This document shows positions 1 through 10,243 of a DNA stretch of 57,045 nt, piece after piece. A program made the translations under genes and the position numbers. The notes below the pieces were generated by a model. It saw only the letters and a program-made list of their open reading frames with translations. It did not search any database and was not told where the DNA came from. This DNA is from Hormoscilla sp. (GTDB taxonomy: Bacteria > Cyanobacteriota > Cyanobacteriia > Cyanobacteriales > Desertifilaceae): positions 1 through 57,045 of the forward strand of contig JBFRWI010000026.1 of the NCBI GenBank assembly GCA_051439505.1. Direction: 5' to 3'. Numbering within the stretch: position 1 is the stretch's first letter; each line of letters starts with the position of its first letter.

Positions 1-113
1 CCCCCCTTAAAAAGGGGGGCGCGCCGGTTGCCCCCCCTTTTGGAAGGGGGGGTTTGGGGGGGATCCGGCGGCTTCCGAGGCCCTAGAACTATCAACGGGT
101 TTTGACCACACCC
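1..113 (-). mobile_element. MITE/palindromic repeat element, right part (truncated by window edge)
   Basis: Ends in TIR TTTTGACCACACCC (100-113) and has internal C/G-run hairpins. Its reverse complement matches the element at 31801-31941 (GGTCAAAACCCGTTGAT...CCGGATCCCCCC). Confidence 0.8.
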
Positions 114-208
114 ACCGCTAACCTCCGGGATACTGCGGAGACTATACTGGCTAACGATCGGGTATAATTGTAGTTAATTGACAGCATCAGCTGTAGGAGG
201 AGAGGCAG

Positions 209-586
209 ATGACTCGAATATTGCTAGTAGATGATTCGGCGACAATGCGAAAAATGGTGAAGGCGTCCCTGAAGGATTTGGGGGAGGTGAGTTTTGGCGA
301 GGCGAGTAATGGTCTGGAAGCAATTGAGGAATTGGCGAACGCTTCATACGATATGATAGTGTTGGACTTGAACATGCCGGAGATGCATGGGTTAGAGGCG
401 ATCAAGTTTATAGTGGGACATCCAACCTATAAGGATATTCCGATCGTTATCTTGACAACTAAAGGAGACGAGGAAAGTAAGAAAAAAGCTCTGGAAGAAG
501 GCGCAGCCAAATATTTAACCAAACCTTTTAAGCCTCAAACATTGTCGGAGAATATAGTCGAGGTGTTGAATAAATTCATGAAATAA
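209..586 (+). CDS. cheY: CheY-like single-domain response regulator
   Basis: ILLVDDS, DLNMP and YLTKPF receiver motifs; AGGAG upstream; first gene of the che cluster. Confidence 0.9.
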   Translation: MTRILLVDDSATMRKMVKASLKDLGEVSFGEASNGLEAIEELANASYDMIVLDLNMPEMHGLEAIKFIVGHPTYKDIPIVILTTKGDEESKKKALEEGAAKYLTKPFKPQTLSENIVEVLNKFMK

Positions 587-615
587 GGAATAAAAAAAGC
601 GGAGGGGAGAAAAAG

Positions 616-2712
616 GTGTGTAATGACAGCGAAAGCAGCGAGATATTCACGGAATTTTTAGAAGATTATTATGCTGAATGTGAAGAACACTTAGCTGTGG
701 TGCGCAGTCAGTTAATGGCTCTAGAAGCAGATGTAAATCAGCCTCAGATCGCGATCGAGAGCCTGAACGAACTATTCCGCAGTTTTCATTCCATTAAAGG
801 TCTCTCCGGTATGGTAGGGGTGAAAGAGGCCGAGGAATTGGCTCATCAGATGGAAAGCTATCTGCGATCGCTCCGAGATGGGCAGGTGCTCCTCTCGCCA
901 GAGGGATTTGATGCCCTGATGAATGGTACTAAACTGTTAGAAGAGGTGCTAGCCTGCCACCGCAGTGGAACTTCACTACCGGATATTACAGCCGCTGTCA
1001 GTAAACTAACAGCGGTGATTACAGATCCAGAACCCACAGAGCAAGAGTCGCCCACTCCACCAACTATCTTAGATCCCCCAGAACAGCCCGCAGAACAGCC
1101 CAGAACTTGGCACTTTGTCTTTACTCCTAGTGCGGAACTCAAAAGCAGAGGCGTTCATGTCAACAGCATCCGCGATCGCCTCAAAAGCATCGGGGATTTA
1201 ATTAACGCTACCCCGCGCATGATGGCAGACAGCGCCATTGTATTCGATTTGATTGTTGCTAGCACGGCGCCGGAAACAGCATTTGCTAGTTGGGCAGAAG
1301 ATGGGCTAACCTGGGAACCGGATGAAGTATCGGAAACCCCACAGTCCGAGGTTACCCCACAAGAAACGGAAACAGAAAGCCATCTGGCAGTGAGCGAAGT
1401 TGAACTGCAAGAGTCCGAAAGAGGAGAAGCATCCTCTTTTACCCAGACTACGACGGCAAAGAAGAGCAGTCAACCGACTCTGATCAATCAGCCATCAAAC
1501 GTCGTTCGGGTAGAATTACCAAAACTGGATGAGTTGATGCGGATGGTGGGAGACTTAGTGATCAGTCGCGCCCGCCTGACAGATAATCTCTCTCGTCTGA
1601 AAGGCACTCTACCGGAACCTCAGATGCGGGCGCTTCAAGAAATTAATCTGGCCATGGAACGACAACTGCGGGACTTGCGCCAGGGGGTGATGCGGGTGCG
1701 CTTGGTGCCCATCGGGGAAATTTTCTCCCGCATGCATTTTGTGGTCCGGGACATCGCCCGATCGAGTCAAAAACAGGTGACTTTAGAAATCAGTGGCGAG
1801 GAAACGGAAATTGATAAATTCGTAGTTGAGCGGATGATGGACCCCCTATTACATCTGGTCCGTAACGCCGTCAGTCACGGGATAGAATCACCGTCCGAAC
1901 GGATCGAGGCGGGCAAACCCCCTGATGGGAAAATTGCTTTGAATGCTCGATCTGCTGGAGAAACGATCGCGATCTCTATTGCTGACGATGGACGGGGAGT
2001 GGATACCGCAAAAGTCCTCCAAAAGGGTGGTTTATCTTCATCCCCCAACCAGGATGAGGAGGCAAATATCCCTTCATCCATTATCTTAGACATCCTCTGC
2101 TCGCCAGGCTTTTCTACTAAGGAACAGGCAGATTTGACCAGCGGACGGGGTGTGGGGATGGCCATCGTTAAAAAAGCGGTGCAGGAACTGGGCGGCTTAC
2201 TGACTTTGGAGACAACAGCTGGGATGGGTACCCAGTTTATTATTCAATTACCCCTGACTCTGGCGATCGCCGACGCCTTGATCGTCTCGGTGGGATCCCA
2301 AACTTTCGCTATCCCTCAATCTAGCATTCGGGAAGTGATAGAACTGTCTGCCTCTGCTATTACTGTCTTTGCAAATAACGAAATTATTTTATATCGCGGT
2401 ACTGTCTTGCCCCTCCTGCATCTGGCACGCTTATTTAAAATCCCCGATCGCACGACCGATAACAAATCTGTTAAGGTTGTAGTGGTGGGCAATGAGTTGA
2501 ATGGAGTTGGTCTGGTGGTCGATCGCCCGCTCGGCTTGCGGGAAATCGTGGTCCGTCCCCTTACAGATCCCCTAGTTCAAGCTGTCGGGATCTCCGGAGC
2601 TACCGAACTGGGTGACGGACGGGTTGTCTTGATTCTCGATGTGTTAGATTTGATCCGCACTGCTAGTCAACTTAAATATGGTAATGGTGAATGGCTAATG
2701 GCTAATGGCTAA
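616..2712 (+). CDS. cheA: Chemotaxis histidine kinase CheA (Hpt, dimerisation, HATPase, CheW; no receiver)
   Basis: LFRSFHSIKG Hpt, HLVRNAVSHGIE N-box, DDGRG, SGRGVGM, C-terminal CheW domain. The last few residues read into a heptamer repeat. Confidence 0.95.
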   Translation: MCNDSESSEIFTEFLEDYYAECEEHLAVVRSQLMALEADVNQPQIAIESLNELFRSFHSIKGLSGMVGVKEAEELAHQMESYLRSLRDGQVLLSPEGFDALMNGTKLLEEVLACHRSGTSLPDITAAVSKLTAVITDPEPTEQESPTPPTILDPPEQPAEQPRTWHFVFTPSAELKSRGVHVNSIRDRLKSIGDLINATPRMMADSAIVFDLIVASTAPETAFASWAEDGLTWEPDEVSETPQSEVTPQETETESHLAVSEVELQESERGEASSFTQTTTAKKSSQPTLINQPSNVVRVELPKLDELMRMVGDLVISRARLTDNLSRLKGTLPEPQMRALQEINLAMERQLRDLRQGVMRVRLVPIGEIFSRMHFVVRDIARSSQKQVTLEISGEETEIDKFVVERMMDPLLHLVRNAVSHGIESPSERIEAGKPPDGKIALNARSAGETIAISIADDGRGVDTAKVLQKGGLSSSPNQDEEANIPSSIILDILCSPGFSTKEQADLTSGRGVGMAIVKKAVQELGGLLTLETTAGMGTQFIIQLPLTLAIADALIVSVGSQTFAIPQSSIREVIELSASAITVFANNEIILYRGTVLPLLHLARLFKIPDRTTDNKSVKVVVVGNELNGVGLVVDRPLGLREIVVRPLTDPLVQAVGISGATELGDGRVVLILDVLDLIRTASQLKYGNGEWLMANG

Positions 2713-2876
2713 GGTCGAATGGTGAATGGTGAATGGTGAATGGTGAATGGTGAATGGTGAATGGTGAATGTATTTAAGAGTTGGTGGGCGGTGTCAGCAA
2801 AGAACAAATAACGATTAGCAATTAGCAATTAGCAATTAGCAATTAGCAATTAGCAATGAACAATGAACAATGGACA
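2683..2876. repeat. Heptamer STRR arrays: (AATGGTG/AATGGCT)n at 2683-2770 and (ATTAGCA)6 plus ATGAACA variants at 2814-2876
   Basis: Tandem 7-mers read directly between cheA and cheW, typical of filamentous cyanobacteria. Confidence 0.9.
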
Positions 2877-3322
2877 AGGAACTAAATCAGTCAAACTCAG
2901 AAACTTTCATCTTGTTTGAACTGGCAGGCACTACCTATGGCATTCCCTCTCAGGTAGTGAAGCAGATGGAAATGATTGAACAGATTACGCCAGTGCCAAA
3001 CTCGGCTCCCTTTGTCGAGGGAGTAGTATTCTCTCGCGGTCAGGTGATTCCCGAGATCGATATGCGGGCGAGATTACAGTTGGAAAAGCTACCCTACGAT
3101 ATCAGGACTCGCTTGATTGTGGTGGAAACAAATAATCGCCTTGTGGGTTTAATAGTTGATACGGCCAGGGAATTTGTCTCAGTTAATCATCAGGATATCC
3201 AACCTCCGCCTCAAGGAATATCAGGTTTGAGTGGAAAATATTTATCCGGCATTGCGACTCTAGGGGAAAGGGTAGTGCTGATGATTAATCTTGAGGAGTT
3301 TCTCAATAGCTCAGAGCTATAA
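2870..3322 (+). CDS. cheW: Chemotaxis coupling protein CheW
   Basis: ITPVPNSAPFVEGV..RGQVIP and VGLIVD CheW motifs. Confidence 0.93.
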   Translation: MDKELNQSNSETFILFELAGTTYGIPSQVVKQMEMIEQITPVPNSAPFVEGVVFSRGQVIPEIDMRARLQLEKLPYDIRTRLIVVETNNRLVGLIVDTAREFVSVNHQDIQPPPQGISGLSGKYLSGIATLGERVVLMINLEEFLNSSEL

Positions 3323-3398
3323 AGATGTCAGGGATAATTGATAAAGACTCAAAAGCAATTATAATTTAGGTCAAGAGCAAGTGAGGTAAAAAGCCAAA

Positions 3399-5525
3399 AT
3401 GAACAATGAAAATACCAGCAGAAGGAGAAGACGGAGAAATCGCGGCAACAGTGAGGTGACTGAGAATAACGGGAACCTGCAACAGGAAATAGTTAGGGTG
3501 CGGGATCAAGCAGATCGGGTGACCCAAGCGAGCAAAGAAATATCCCGTATTGCGATCGAAGTGTCAGAGGGCGCTAAAGACCAGGTGCGATCGCTCGACG
3601 GGACCGTAACTGGGATCAACGAAATGGCGGAGTCCCTCCAGGCAACCGCCAATCAAGCGGAATCAGTCAGCAAGTCCTCTGAGGAACTGGTATCCTCAGT
3701 GAACGAAATCGCGGCTAATATCGAGCAAGTCACCGCTAGCAGCACGGAACTGGCCACAGCAATTAAGCAAACTTCCGCATCGGTCCAAGCAAGCAGGGAT
3801 TCCACTCGCAGCGTCGCCGCTAGTGCGGAGGAAATGGCAACCTCTGCTACCCAAGTAACCAGTTCCATGACGGAAATGGCGGCTTCGATCAAAAGCGTCA
3901 GTGCGGATACGGAAAACTTAGCGTCATCGGTGAACGAAACTGCTGCTAGCATCGAACAAATGACTTCCTCAATCCAAGGAGTGGCCCAGAATACCGACGA
4001 TCTGACAGTTGCGGCAGAAGAAACTACCAGTTCCATCAATGAAATGGCTGCCAGTATCGAACAGGTTTCCGCTACTTCGGAAAACTTGGTCTCCACGGTG
4101 GAAGAAGTCTCTACCTCCATCGAGGAAATGGCCCAATCAGTGCAGGGGGTGGCCCAAAACGCTGAAGAAATTACTACGGCAGCTAATAGTGCAGCTAATA
4201 GTGCTGAAGAACTCGATCGCTCCATACGTTCGGTGACCAATCTTACCCAAAAAGCCGATGAAATTACCAGTCGCGTCGCCGTAGATGCGGAAGAAGGGGG
4301 CAAAACTGTAGAAAAAACCATTCACGGACTGAGTCGAGTGCGAGAGTCCATGGTCCAGTCTGCCGAGGTGATCCGGGACATGGGTAAGCGGACTAATGAA
4401 ATTAGCAGCATTGTAGACACCATTAATCTCATCTCCGAACGGACTAATTTACTCTCCTTGAATGCCTCCATCGAAGCCGCCCGGGCGGGAGATGCGGGAC
4501 GGGGTTTTGCAGTTGTGGCCGAGGAAATTAGAAATTTAGCCGATCGGGCAGCCCAGGCCACTTCTGACATCGCTGCCATTATCCAAGGGCTACAATCAGT
4601 TGTCCAAGACGCAGTCAATACTTCCAACGAAGGCTTAAGAGTAGCAGAGGAGTCAGGTCGTTTAGCAGAAGATGGAGTCAGCGGGTTAAAGAAAATCTTA
4701 GAAGGGGTGAAGGAGACAACTCAACTGGTAAGTCAAATTACTAGCGCCTCGGAAGAACAACAAACAGCCGGACAGACAGTAGTCAATGCTATCAATACGA
4801 CAGCCAAGCAAGCTCAAGAAGTAGCTAAAGCCACAGTAGAACAAGCTAAAACAGCCCAAGGCATCGTCCAGTCTACGCGCCACATGCGGCAAATCACCCA
4901 ACAGGTAACTCAGGCCATGGGAGAACAGGCCCGGGCGGCCCGTGACGTGATCAAAGCGGCGCAAAATACCAACAACCTGGCAGCACAAGTCCGCAAAGCT
5001 ACTTCCGAACAGGCTAAAGGTGCCAATCAAATTATGCAAGCGGTGGAGTCCATGCGGCGCGGGGTGTCTACCACCTCCCGCGCCCTGGCCGAACAATCTA
5101 CCGCTGGAGACCAAATTTCCCAAGAAGCGGAACGCTTATCTCATCAGACTACCGGCATCAGCAAGGCCATGGCCGAACAAGCAACCGCTTCTAGTCAAAT
5201 TACTATGGCGATCGAGAGTATGCGACAGCAATCAGAGCAAGTTGCCAAGGCCGTCACCGAACAAGCGCGAGCAGTCAGGGATATAAGTACTGCCACCCAA
5301 AACATTTCTAAACAGATCGAATTGATTACAACTGCCAATCGCGAGCATACCAGCGTCTCCAACACGATTTTATCCGGACTGGAAGACATGCGCAAGATTA
5401 CCGAACGCAATGCAGCGGGAGTGCTGGAAACCCAGCAAGCTAGTGATAGTTTGCTGGAAAGGGCTACAAGTCTGATCGCCATTATGGATCGTTTGAGCAC
5501 TGATGGTTCGATCGTGGCGGACTAA
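3399..5525 (+). CDS. Soluble methyl-accepting chemotaxis protein (no TM helix, no sensor domain)
   Basis: Signalling tip [33 protein letters not shown]; roughly 28-aa periodic helical repeats on both arms; no hydrophobic segment. Confidence 0.93.
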   Translation: MNNENTSRRRRRRNRGNSEVTENNGNLQQEIVRVRDQADRVTQASKEISRIAIEVSEGAKDQVRSLDGTVTGINEMAESLQATANQAESVSKSSEELVSSVNEIAANIEQVTASSTELATAIKQTSASVQASRDSTRSVAASAEEMATSATQVTSSMTEMAASIKSVSADTENLASSVNETAASIEQMTSSIQGVAQNTDDLTVAAEETTSSINEMAASIEQVSATSENLVSTVEEVSTSIEEMAQSVQGVAQNAEEITTAANSAANSAEELDRSIRSVTNLTQKADEITSRVAVDAEEGGKTVEKTIHGLSRVRESMVQSAEVIRDMGKRTNEISSIVDTINLISERTNLLSLNASIEAARAGDAGRGFAVVAEEIRNLADRAAQATSDIAAIIQGLQSVVQDAVNTSNEGLRVAEESGRLAEDGVSGLKKILEGVKETTQLVSQITSASEEQQTAGQTVVNAINTTAKQAQEVAKATVEQAKTAQGIVQSTRHMRQITQQVTQAMGEQARAARDVIKAAQNTNNLAAQVRKATSEQAKGANQIMQAVESMRRGVSTTSRALAEQSTAGDQISQEAERLSHQTTGISKAMAEQATASSQITMAIESMRQQSEQVAKAVTEQARAVRDISTATQNISKQIELITTANREHTSVSNTILSGLEDMRKITERNAAGVLETQQASDSLLERATSLIAIMDRLSTDGSIVAD

Positions 5526-5564
5526 AGTCCCGGCGCTGGTCAATACTTCTCGGTTAATATAATC

Positions 5565-5743
5565 TGTCATTGCGAGGGGGGGTACGTAGCGATATACTTA
5601 TGCTTTAGGAGTCGCGCAGCGTTGCTCCGCACGAAGCAATCCCCCCCACCGAAGCAATCCCAGCGACCTATGAGATTGCTTCGGGGGGATCGGTAGCAGT
5701 AAGTCCTAAAATGTCGGTTTGGGCTCCCCCCCTCGCAATGACA
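5565..5743. repeat. Palindromic element with TGTCATTGCGAGGGGGG...CCCCCCTCGCAATGACA ends
   Basis: 17-bp terminal inverted repeat plus inner CGAAGCAATC/GATTGCTTCG pair; a half copy lies at 36780-36853. Confidence 0.85.
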
Positions 5744-5779
5744 ACCTATATGCAAAACATACGAAATATTGCGGCGCGT

Positions 5780-5934
5780 AAGCACTAAAGTGCTTACTAC
5801 AAACAAGCAATCAAGTGCTTACTACAAACAAGCACGCTTCGTGCTTACTACAAACAAGCAATCAAGTGCTTACTGCAAACAAGCACTTTAGTGCTTACTG
5901 CAAACAAGCACTTTAGTGCTTACTACAAACAAGC
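5780..5934 (+). repeat. Tandem array of six 25-26 bp hairpin units, consensus AAGCAC-N4/5-GTGCTTACTACAAAC
   Basis: Units start at 5780, 5805, 5830, 5856, 5881 and 5906; related elements at about 10165-10222 and 16364-16426. Confidence 0.9.
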
Positions 5935-5950
5935 GCTAAACGGAGAATTG

Positions 5951-8900
5951 ATGATGATTAGTGTGTTTACAACCGATGCAAATTTAATCGTGCGGTCTTG
6001 GGATCCCAAGTTGACGGAAATGACAGGCATGAATGGAGACACGGCCTGCGGGCTATCTCTCAAGGCGATCGTCCCCGATCTGGAAGCACGGGGTTTGCAT
6101 AAGCGCTTCGCTCGCGTCCTGTCTGAAGGTGTAGTAGAAACTTTAGCACCGGCATTTCACGGCTACCTAATTCCTTGCCCACCCCTGGCGCCATCTAAGT
6201 ATTTTAAGCGCATGCAGCAGCGAGTGACGATCGCCCCTTTGCGGGAAAAAGAGACGATCGTGGGGACGATCATCACCATTGAGGACGTGACTGCTAGACT
6301 CGATTGGGAAAGAGAACCCTCATCCGATATCCAGACAGCAATATCTGAGGACCAGTCCTTAACCGCAGCGCTACAGGATCGCAGTTGGCAGGTGCGACGC
6401 CAAGCAGTGATCTCCTTGCAGCAGCAAAATACACCGGAGCTGACAGAGGAACTATTGCAATTGCTGCGCCAGGAATATCGTAACCCTAGCGTACTGAATA
6501 GCGTACTTCAGGTATTGATCAACAGTAATGTCGATCCGGTCCCAGCGCTGATTGCTTGTCTGCACGAGTCCGAGGCGGACTTGCGCATTTTTGCAGCATT
6601 GGCATTAGGAAAGCGACAGGATAAGCGGGCAATTCCGGCCCTGATCGAGTTGCTGAGTGACCCCGATAAGAATGTACGCTATCACGCGATCGAGGCCCTG
6701 GGTGAGTTAAGGGCGACAGAAGCAGTCGAAGACTTGACCCAAATAGCCACCAGATCCGAAGATTTCTTTTTGGCGTTCCCGGCCCTGGATGCCCTGATGC
6801 AGATTTGCGTCCATAGCGAAGAGGAGTCCATGCCAGCAGTTGCCTCGCAACTGGTTCCCCTCCTGGAAAAAAGCCTCACTTGGCGGGTGCGGCGGGAGGC
6901 GGTCGATAGCCTGGCCATGCAAAGCGACCCGCAAATTACGGTAGAACTATTGCGTTTGCTACGGGAACAACATCGCAATCCTAGTATTTTGAATGGTGTT
7001 TTGCAGGTGTTATCCCTGAGCAATGTGGATCCGATACCGGCTTTGATTTCTTGTTGCTCGGACGCGGACCCAGATTTGCGGATTTATACAGCACTCGCCT
7101 TAGGAGAAAGGCAGGACGAGCGGGCAATTCCCGCCCTGCGCCAGTTGCTAGCAGACGACGATGAGAATGTGCGCTATCACACGATCGAGGCCCTGGGTCG
7201 CTTGCGATCGCAGGAAGTGGTAGAGGATCTAATCGCGATCGCGGAGTCAGGGGATTTCTTTTTGGCATTTCCGGCGATCGACGCCTTGATCCAAATAGAA
7301 GATAGGACGATCGCCTCGCGACTGGTTGCCCTACTGACGAATGACTTGCTATCGGTACAGGTAGCAGAAGCTTTGAACAAGTTGGGTGATGCGGATGTAG
7401 TAGCACCCATGGCAGCCTGTTTCCAGCACCCCGATGCGCCAGTGCGAGAGATAGCTGTGGCGATCGCCCAGATCCATGACCGCTACAAACAGTTGTATGA
7501 GGAGGGCGACTATATTGCCGACCTAGTCCGCAACGAGATAACCAGTGATTTGGCCATCAAGAAATTGATCGCAGTCCTAGAGGGAGCCAAGCTAGAGGAA
7601 GTCCGGGCCTTGGCCTTACTCCTGGGTTGGTTAGAGGGTCCAGAGGTCGAACAGGCCCTAGCGGGACTCTTGAGTTTGCATGACCCGGCAGTGAGAGATA
7701 TAGTCATCGAAGCCTTGGTCGCTTATGGCACGCGGGTGAGCGATCTGCTGATTGCCCAACTGGATGCCGAGGATCTGGAAACACGCTTAGCAGCCGTAGG
7801 AGCCCTGGGCAGAATTGGCAGCACCCGGGCAGTGCCAGCTTTGACCAGTTTGTTGAATGCGGATCCGGAGTTGGTGATGGCAACTACCGCAGCACTAGGA
7901 AAAATTGGGGACCGGCGGGCTTTTGAGGCATTGCTGGAGTTGTTGGGACATGCAGATGCAGCAGTACGTTTGGGGGCGATCGCGGCCCTGAATTCCCTGG
8001 GGCATCCGGATATGCCGGGGCAGATCGAAACTCTGTTGACAGACAGTAATCCCTTGGTGCGGGAGTCAGCAGTGAAGATTGCTGGCTACTTTGCCTATGA
8101 TAACTGTATCGAGGGGCTGTTCAATTGTACTAGCGATCCCGAAGAAAGAGTCCGCCGCGCGGCCATCGAGCATCTTCCTTATGTAGAAGATGAGCGGGTG
8201 TTCTCTACCTTGGTGCAGGCGATCGCAGCGGAAACTCCCGGAGTGCGTCAGGCAGCAGCTCATGCCTTGGGAGAATGGGAAAACCTGGAGGCCATAGCTT
8301 ATTTACTGAATGCTTTTCAGGATGAAGACCCCTGGGTACGCTATCAAGCAGTCCGGAGTATCCGACGGTACGATGCCTTGTTAGCTATATCCGAGTCCGG
8401 AGAAAAAGGAGATGTCTGCGAGGCCCTCAAGCAACTGGTGCAGAAAGATCCAGCTAACCAGGTGCGGGCAGCAGCAGCAGAGGCGTTGGGACGAGTTGGT
8501 TCCGAAGATGCGGTACCGGTTTTGGCATCCTTAATGGAGGTGCCAGAAGGGGATGGGGATGTGGCACGGGCAGCACTGACGGCCCTGGGGCAGATCCAGA
8601 GTGCTGAGGCGGTAGCACCACTGTTAGCAGCGTTGAATTCAGCTAACCCAGAACGAAGACTGGACGCCCTGCAAGCTTTCCGGGAACGGGGCGGCGCTGA
8701 AGCAGGAGTGACGCTGCAATGGATGGCAGCGGCAGATACAGAAACCCGCATCGTGCAAGCTGCGATCGATTCCCTGTCCCGTCTCGCCAGTCCCGAGGCG
8801 ATCGCGGGGCTGTTAGAATTGACGGTAGATCCAGCCCTGCGAGAAGCTTGTATTAATGCCCTCGCCAATGTCGGATCTTTACCGCCTGCCAATCTGGAGT

Positions 8901-9184
8901 CTAGTCAGGAGTATATCGAGGCGATCGGTCAGGGATTAAATCACGTCCATGTGGGAGTCCGCAGCGCCGTGGTTGAAGTCTGCGGGCGGTTAAAACATCC
9001 CCTCGCTTCACAACTGTTGATTACCGCCTTGAACGATCGAGATGCATCAGTACGCTTGACATCTGTTAGTACCCTAGTCAACAGCGGCAATCGCGATTGT
9101 CAAAATCAACTGACAAGTTTAGCACGTACTGACCCCGATCCATCTGTGCGCCGCGCAGCCCAAAAAGGATTAATGAGCATGTAA
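5951..9184 (+). CDS. N-terminal PAS plus long HEAT/PBS-lyase repeat protein
   Basis: PAS-like N-terminus (VFTTDANLIVRSWD...ITIEDVT) followed by many 'DxxVRxxAxxALG' HEAT repeats. Start placed at ATG 5951 after GGAG, because the ORF-track start at 5891 lies inside the repeat array. Confidence 0.88.
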   Translation: MMISVFTTDANLIVRSWDPKLTEMTGMNGDTACGLSLKAIVPDLEARGLHKRFARVLSEGVVETLAPAFHGYLIPCPPLAPSKYFKRMQQRVTIAPLREKETIVGTIITIEDVTARLDWEREPSSDIQTAISEDQSLTAALQDRSWQVRRQAVISLQQQNTPELTEELLQLLRQEYRNPSVLNSVLQVLINSNVDPVPALIACLHESEADLRIFAALALGKRQDKRAIPALIELLSDPDKNVRYHAIEALGELRATEAVEDLTQIATRSEDFFLAFPALDALMQICVHSEEESMPAVASQLVPLLEKSLTWRVRREAVDSLAMQSDPQITVELLRLLREQHRNPSILNGVLQVLSLSNVDPIPALISCCSDADPDLRIYTALALGERQDERAIPALRQLLADDDENVRYHTIEALGRLRSQEVVEDLIAIAESGDFFLAFPAIDALIQIEDRTIASRLVALLTNDLLSVQVAEALNKLGDADVVAPMAACFQHPDAPVREIAVAIAQIHDRYKQLYEEGDYIADLVRNEITSDLAIKKLIAVLEGAKLEEVRALALLLGWLEGPEVEQALAGLLSLHDPAVRDIVIEALVAYGTRVSDLLIAQLDAEDLETRLAAVGALGRIGSTRAVPALTSLLNADPELVMATTAALGKIGDRRAFEALLELLGHADAAVRLGAIAALNSLGHPDMPGQIETLLTDSNPLVRESAVKIAGYFAYDNCIEGLFNCTSDPEERVRRAAIEHLPYVEDERVFSTLVQAIAAETPGVRQAAAHALGEWENLEAIAYLLNAFQDEDPWVRYQAVRSIRRYDALLAISESGEKGDVCEALKQLVQKDPANQVRAAAAEALGRVGSEDAVPVLASLMEVPEGDGDVARAALTALGQIQSAEAVAPLLAALNSANPERRLDALQAFRERGGAEAGVTLQWMAAADTETRIVQAAIDSLSRLASPEAIAGLLELTVDPALREACINALANVGSLPPANLESSQEYIEAIGQGLNHVHVGVRSAVVEVCGRLKHPLASQLLITALNDRDASVRLTSVSTLVNSGNRDCQNQLTSLARTDPDPSVRRAAQKGLMSM

Positions 9185-9286
9185 GTTGTCAGTTATCAGT
9201 TGTTAGTTACTCCGCACTTGTCCTGCCTGTCGGCAGGTTGTATGAACCATGAATCACGAACGATCGGGCCGTAAGCGATTAGGGAA

Positions 9287-10126
9287 ATGAAGATTTTTGA
9301 CAAACCTTTGCCGGAAAGTACCTTTATAATTCTGCGGGACTTGATCCACGCCCGAACGGGATTATATTATGAAGAGAACAAACGCCATATGTTAGCAGAC
9401 AAACTGGCAGCCCGGGTCAGCGATCGGGGATTAGACTCTTTTTTGGACTATTACTATCTGCTCAAATATGACCAGGCAGCGGGATTTGAATGGCAGCATT
9501 TAATGGATGCCCTAGCAGTGCCGGAAACTTTTTTCTGGCGCGAATTTGACCAACTCGAAGCGATGGTGCAGCTGTTGCTGCCTGCCTTACGGCAGCAAAA
9601 AGAAATTATGTTACAACCTTTACGTATTTGGAGCGCCGCCTGCTCCACGGGCGAAGAACCTCTGACGATCGCGATGATCCTGAATGAGGCGGGTTGGTTC
9701 CACAAGTTACCGATCGAAATTTATGCTAGCGATGCTTCTCCTCGGGCGATCGCCATAGCGCGTGAAGGTCTTTACCGAGAGCGTTCTTTCCGGAGTTTGC
9801 CACTCGGGTTGCAAGAGAAATACTTCACCAAAGAGAGTCAAGGTTGGCGAATATCGCCTCAGATCCACCAGCGCATTAATTGGAGAAGAGCCAACTTAAC
9901 TGACAGTGCCGATATCGAGCAGTTATTGGACGTAAACTTAATATTTTGCCGAAATGTCTTTATTTACTTCTCAGAAAAATCAATTAAGAAAACAGTGGGA
10001 GTGTTTTGGGAGAACATGAGAACACCAGGTTATTTGTTCCTGAGTGCATCAGAATCATTGTTGAAACTGAAAACCAACTTTGAATTACAACCCCTAGGAG
10101 AGGCATTTGTTTATGTAAAGAAATAA
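9287..10126 (+). CDS. cheR: Chemotaxis methyltransferase CheR
   Basis: ETFFWRE, IWSAACSTGEEP and IFCRNVFIYF motifs. Confidence 0.95.
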   Translation: MKIFDKPLPESTFIILRDLIHARTGLYYEENKRHMLADKLAARVSDRGLDSFLDYYYLLKYDQAAGFEWQHLMDALAVPETFFWREFDQLEAMVQLLLPALRQQKEIMLQPLRIWSAACSTGEEPLTIAMILNEAGWFHKLPIEIYASDASPRAIAIAREGLYRERSFRSLPLGLQEKYFTKESQGWRISPQIHQRINWRRANLTDSADIEQLLDVNLIFCRNVFIYFSEKSIKKTVGVFWENMRTPGYLFLSASESLLKLKTNFELQPLGEAFVYVKK

Positions 10127-10243
10127 TAAAAGATGCTGCGAAAGTATCCAAGAGAGTATAAGTTGGTAGTAAGCACTCCTGAGTGCTTCCACATGGCAAG
10201 GACTAAAGTCCTGAGTACGAACACCGAGCAGGAGCATAGTTGT

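Noticed and set aside
3653..5500. Long antisense ORFs over the MCP (and similar ones over HEAT, CHAT, cyclase and uvrA genes)
   Set aside because: Shadow frames of well-supported genes with no motifs of their own.
5780..5934. Possible mini-CRISPR array
   Set aside because: The variable parts are only 4-5 nt and repeat among units; no spacers and no cas genes.
5891..5950. ORF-track N-terminal extension of the HEAT protein (also cheB 10133-10243 and 40941-40985)
   Set aside because: The HEAT and cheB extensions translate repeat DNA, and the 40941 extension is absent from the paralog; better starts exist downstream with an RBS or paralog support.
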